A program made the translations under genes and the position numbers. 36,608 nt of DNA from Octopus bimaculoides (Eukaryota), in assembly GCF_001194135.2 (NCBI RefSeq), contig NC_068985.1, positions 119,380,661 through 119,417,268 of the forward strand. Direction: 5' to 3'. The notes under the pieces were generated by a model. That model was not told the DNA's origin. It was given only the letters and a program-made list of their open reading frames with translations, and made no database searches. Below, piece by piece: positions 35,276 through 36,608 of the stretch (position 1 is the first letter of the stretch; every line of letters begins with the position of its first letter).

Positions 35276-35479
35276 GAGTGAGAAACGGACGCCATTTTCT
35301 GAATATACAATAACGCTTTATACAGTAAGAACGAGAAGTTGGTGCTAAGAACTATAGGAAAGGCGATGGTGGTGGTATATGTGTCAGGAATGCTGAAATT
35401 ATTGTTATCCAGGTCACATACATTCAAAGAATGGTTTAAATTGAGGCACAATAATAGGAGTTCTGAGTTTAGTCACTAC

Positions 35480-35580
35480 CATCAATCTTAGTACTAGGCT
35501 GGTACTCTATTTTATCGATCTCGAAGAAAATGAAAGGCACGGTTGACCATATCAGAATTGTAATTGAGAACGTAAAGAAA
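35480..35580 (-). mobile_element. Degenerate SINE fragment (family C)
   Basis: ctggtactctattttatcgatctcgaagaaaatgaaaggcacggttgacc. Confidence 0.6.
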
Positions 35581-35639
35581 TGGAATAAATTGTATTTTGT
35601 GCGACGATCTATCAATTCTGAAAACTACCACCCCAAGCT

Positions 35640-36342
35640 TTGGCCACGAATTGTAGGGTCAATCTTGGGAATGACAAAGTGTCTCTGCTGTGTCGCATCT
35701 GTAATAGAGTGGATAAGATCATTGCCCATATCACGAACGAATACTCTAGGCTTGCCCCAAACCACTACAAGTTGTGGAGACAGGATTAGGTAGCGAAAGT
35801 GCTACAGTGGAAACTGCGAAGAGTGGGGGCTAGAGAGAGGCAAGATGTAATATGAACACAAACCGCAGAGAATGGCAGGGTCGGAGACTTGTGAAATCCT
35901 CTGGGACTTTCCAATCCAAATAGATCAAGCGTTAGAGTTTAACAGACCGGACCTAGTGGCGGTATAGCTGATGTTGCATGCCGCTTTGACCCACGAATAG
36001 TCAAGAAGGAAGGCATAAAGATAGATAGATACAACCCTCTGAAGTACGAAATAGCCCGGTTATGGAAAATGAAGAAGGTGAAGATAGTGCCAATTATTGT
36101 TGGGTCCTTGGGAACTGTCTCAGAAGGCATCAAGAGGAATATAAAGGAAATCGGAATAGAGTGCCAAATTGAACTGTTACAAAATGTTTGCCTCCTTGGC
36201 ACGGCCAGAATATTCAGGAAAGTATTAGATAGCTGAAAAGAACAGGTAGTATAGTACCGTAGGCAGCAAACAGTAAACCCGCTTCGCGTGCAAGACTCCA
36301 GGAGTTCCAACAAAACCGAAGCTAAAAAGAAATAATAATACC
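35640..36342 (+). mobile_element. R4/Dong-clade LINE 3' fragment (second family) with short (TAA)n tail
   Basis: LCRICNRVDKIIAHI (zinc knuckle), ILWDFPIQ.D..LEFNRPDLV, DVAC.FD.RI.KKE..KIDRY, VPIIVGSLGTV, LLGTARIFRKVL*, a short 3'UTR and aataataata. Confidence 0.9.
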
Positions 36343-36360
36343 AACATACACTGGAAAACG

Positions 36361-36456
36361 CACGAGTGGCTGTATGGTAAGAAGCTTGCTTCCTAGCCAC
36401 ATGGTTCTTGGTTCAGTCCCACTGTGTGGCACCCTGGGCAAGTGTCTTCTGCTATA
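36361..36456 (+). mobile_element. SINE family B head (left arm of fold-back)
   Basis: gagtggctgtatggtaagaagcttgcttcc..ggttcagtcccactg..gcaagtgtcttctgctata. Confidence 0.9.
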
Positions 36457-36608
36457 CGACGGGCTTCTTCCAGTTTCCGTCTACCAAATCCACTCACAAA
36501 GCTTTGGTCGGCCCGAGGCTATAGCAGAAGACACTTGCCCAGGGTGCCATACAGTGGGACTGAACCCGGAACCATGTGGTTGGGAAGCAAGCTTCTTACC
36601 ATACAGTC
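36453..36608 (-). mobile_element. SINE family B, inverted (right arm of fold-back; runs to the window edge)
   Basis: Reverse complement reads head plus core ..ctatagcctcgggccgaccaaagctttgtgagtggatttggtagacggaaactggaagaagcccgtcgtata. Confidence 0.92.

Overview
Eukaryotic, AT-rich and extremely repeat-dense genomic window with five N gaps. The microsatellite load, the tRNA-derived SINE families and TTAGGG repeats point to an octopodid cephalopod (Octopus); this is an inference, not a database match. I find no intact host gene, rRNA, true tRNA or CRISPR array. Most ORFs in the six-frame track are microsatellite or gap artefacts. The window is a mosaic of decayed mobile elements: a Tol2-like hAT fragment, three IS630-Tc1-mariner relics, a non-autonomous Helitron nested with a SINE inside a mariner, four R4/Dong-clade LINE relics from two families, a CR1/L2-type RT sliver, several MITE/foldback elements and many SINEs. 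The most notable signals are (i) a minimal type I hammerhead ribozyme motif of the Penelope-associated kind at 28034-28075, plus two more decayed relatives, (ii) a ~600 bp MITE with perfect 29 bp TIRs and an 8 bp TSD that carries head-to-head TTAGGG/CCCTAA telomere-like repeats, (iii) an association of one R4-type LINE family with (CATA)n tracts, (iv) a GC-rich Tol2-like hAT that is a candidate for horizontal transfer, and (v) several near-perfect fold-back hairpins. None is shown to be a new biological system; all are testable leads. Boundaries of decayed elements are approximate.
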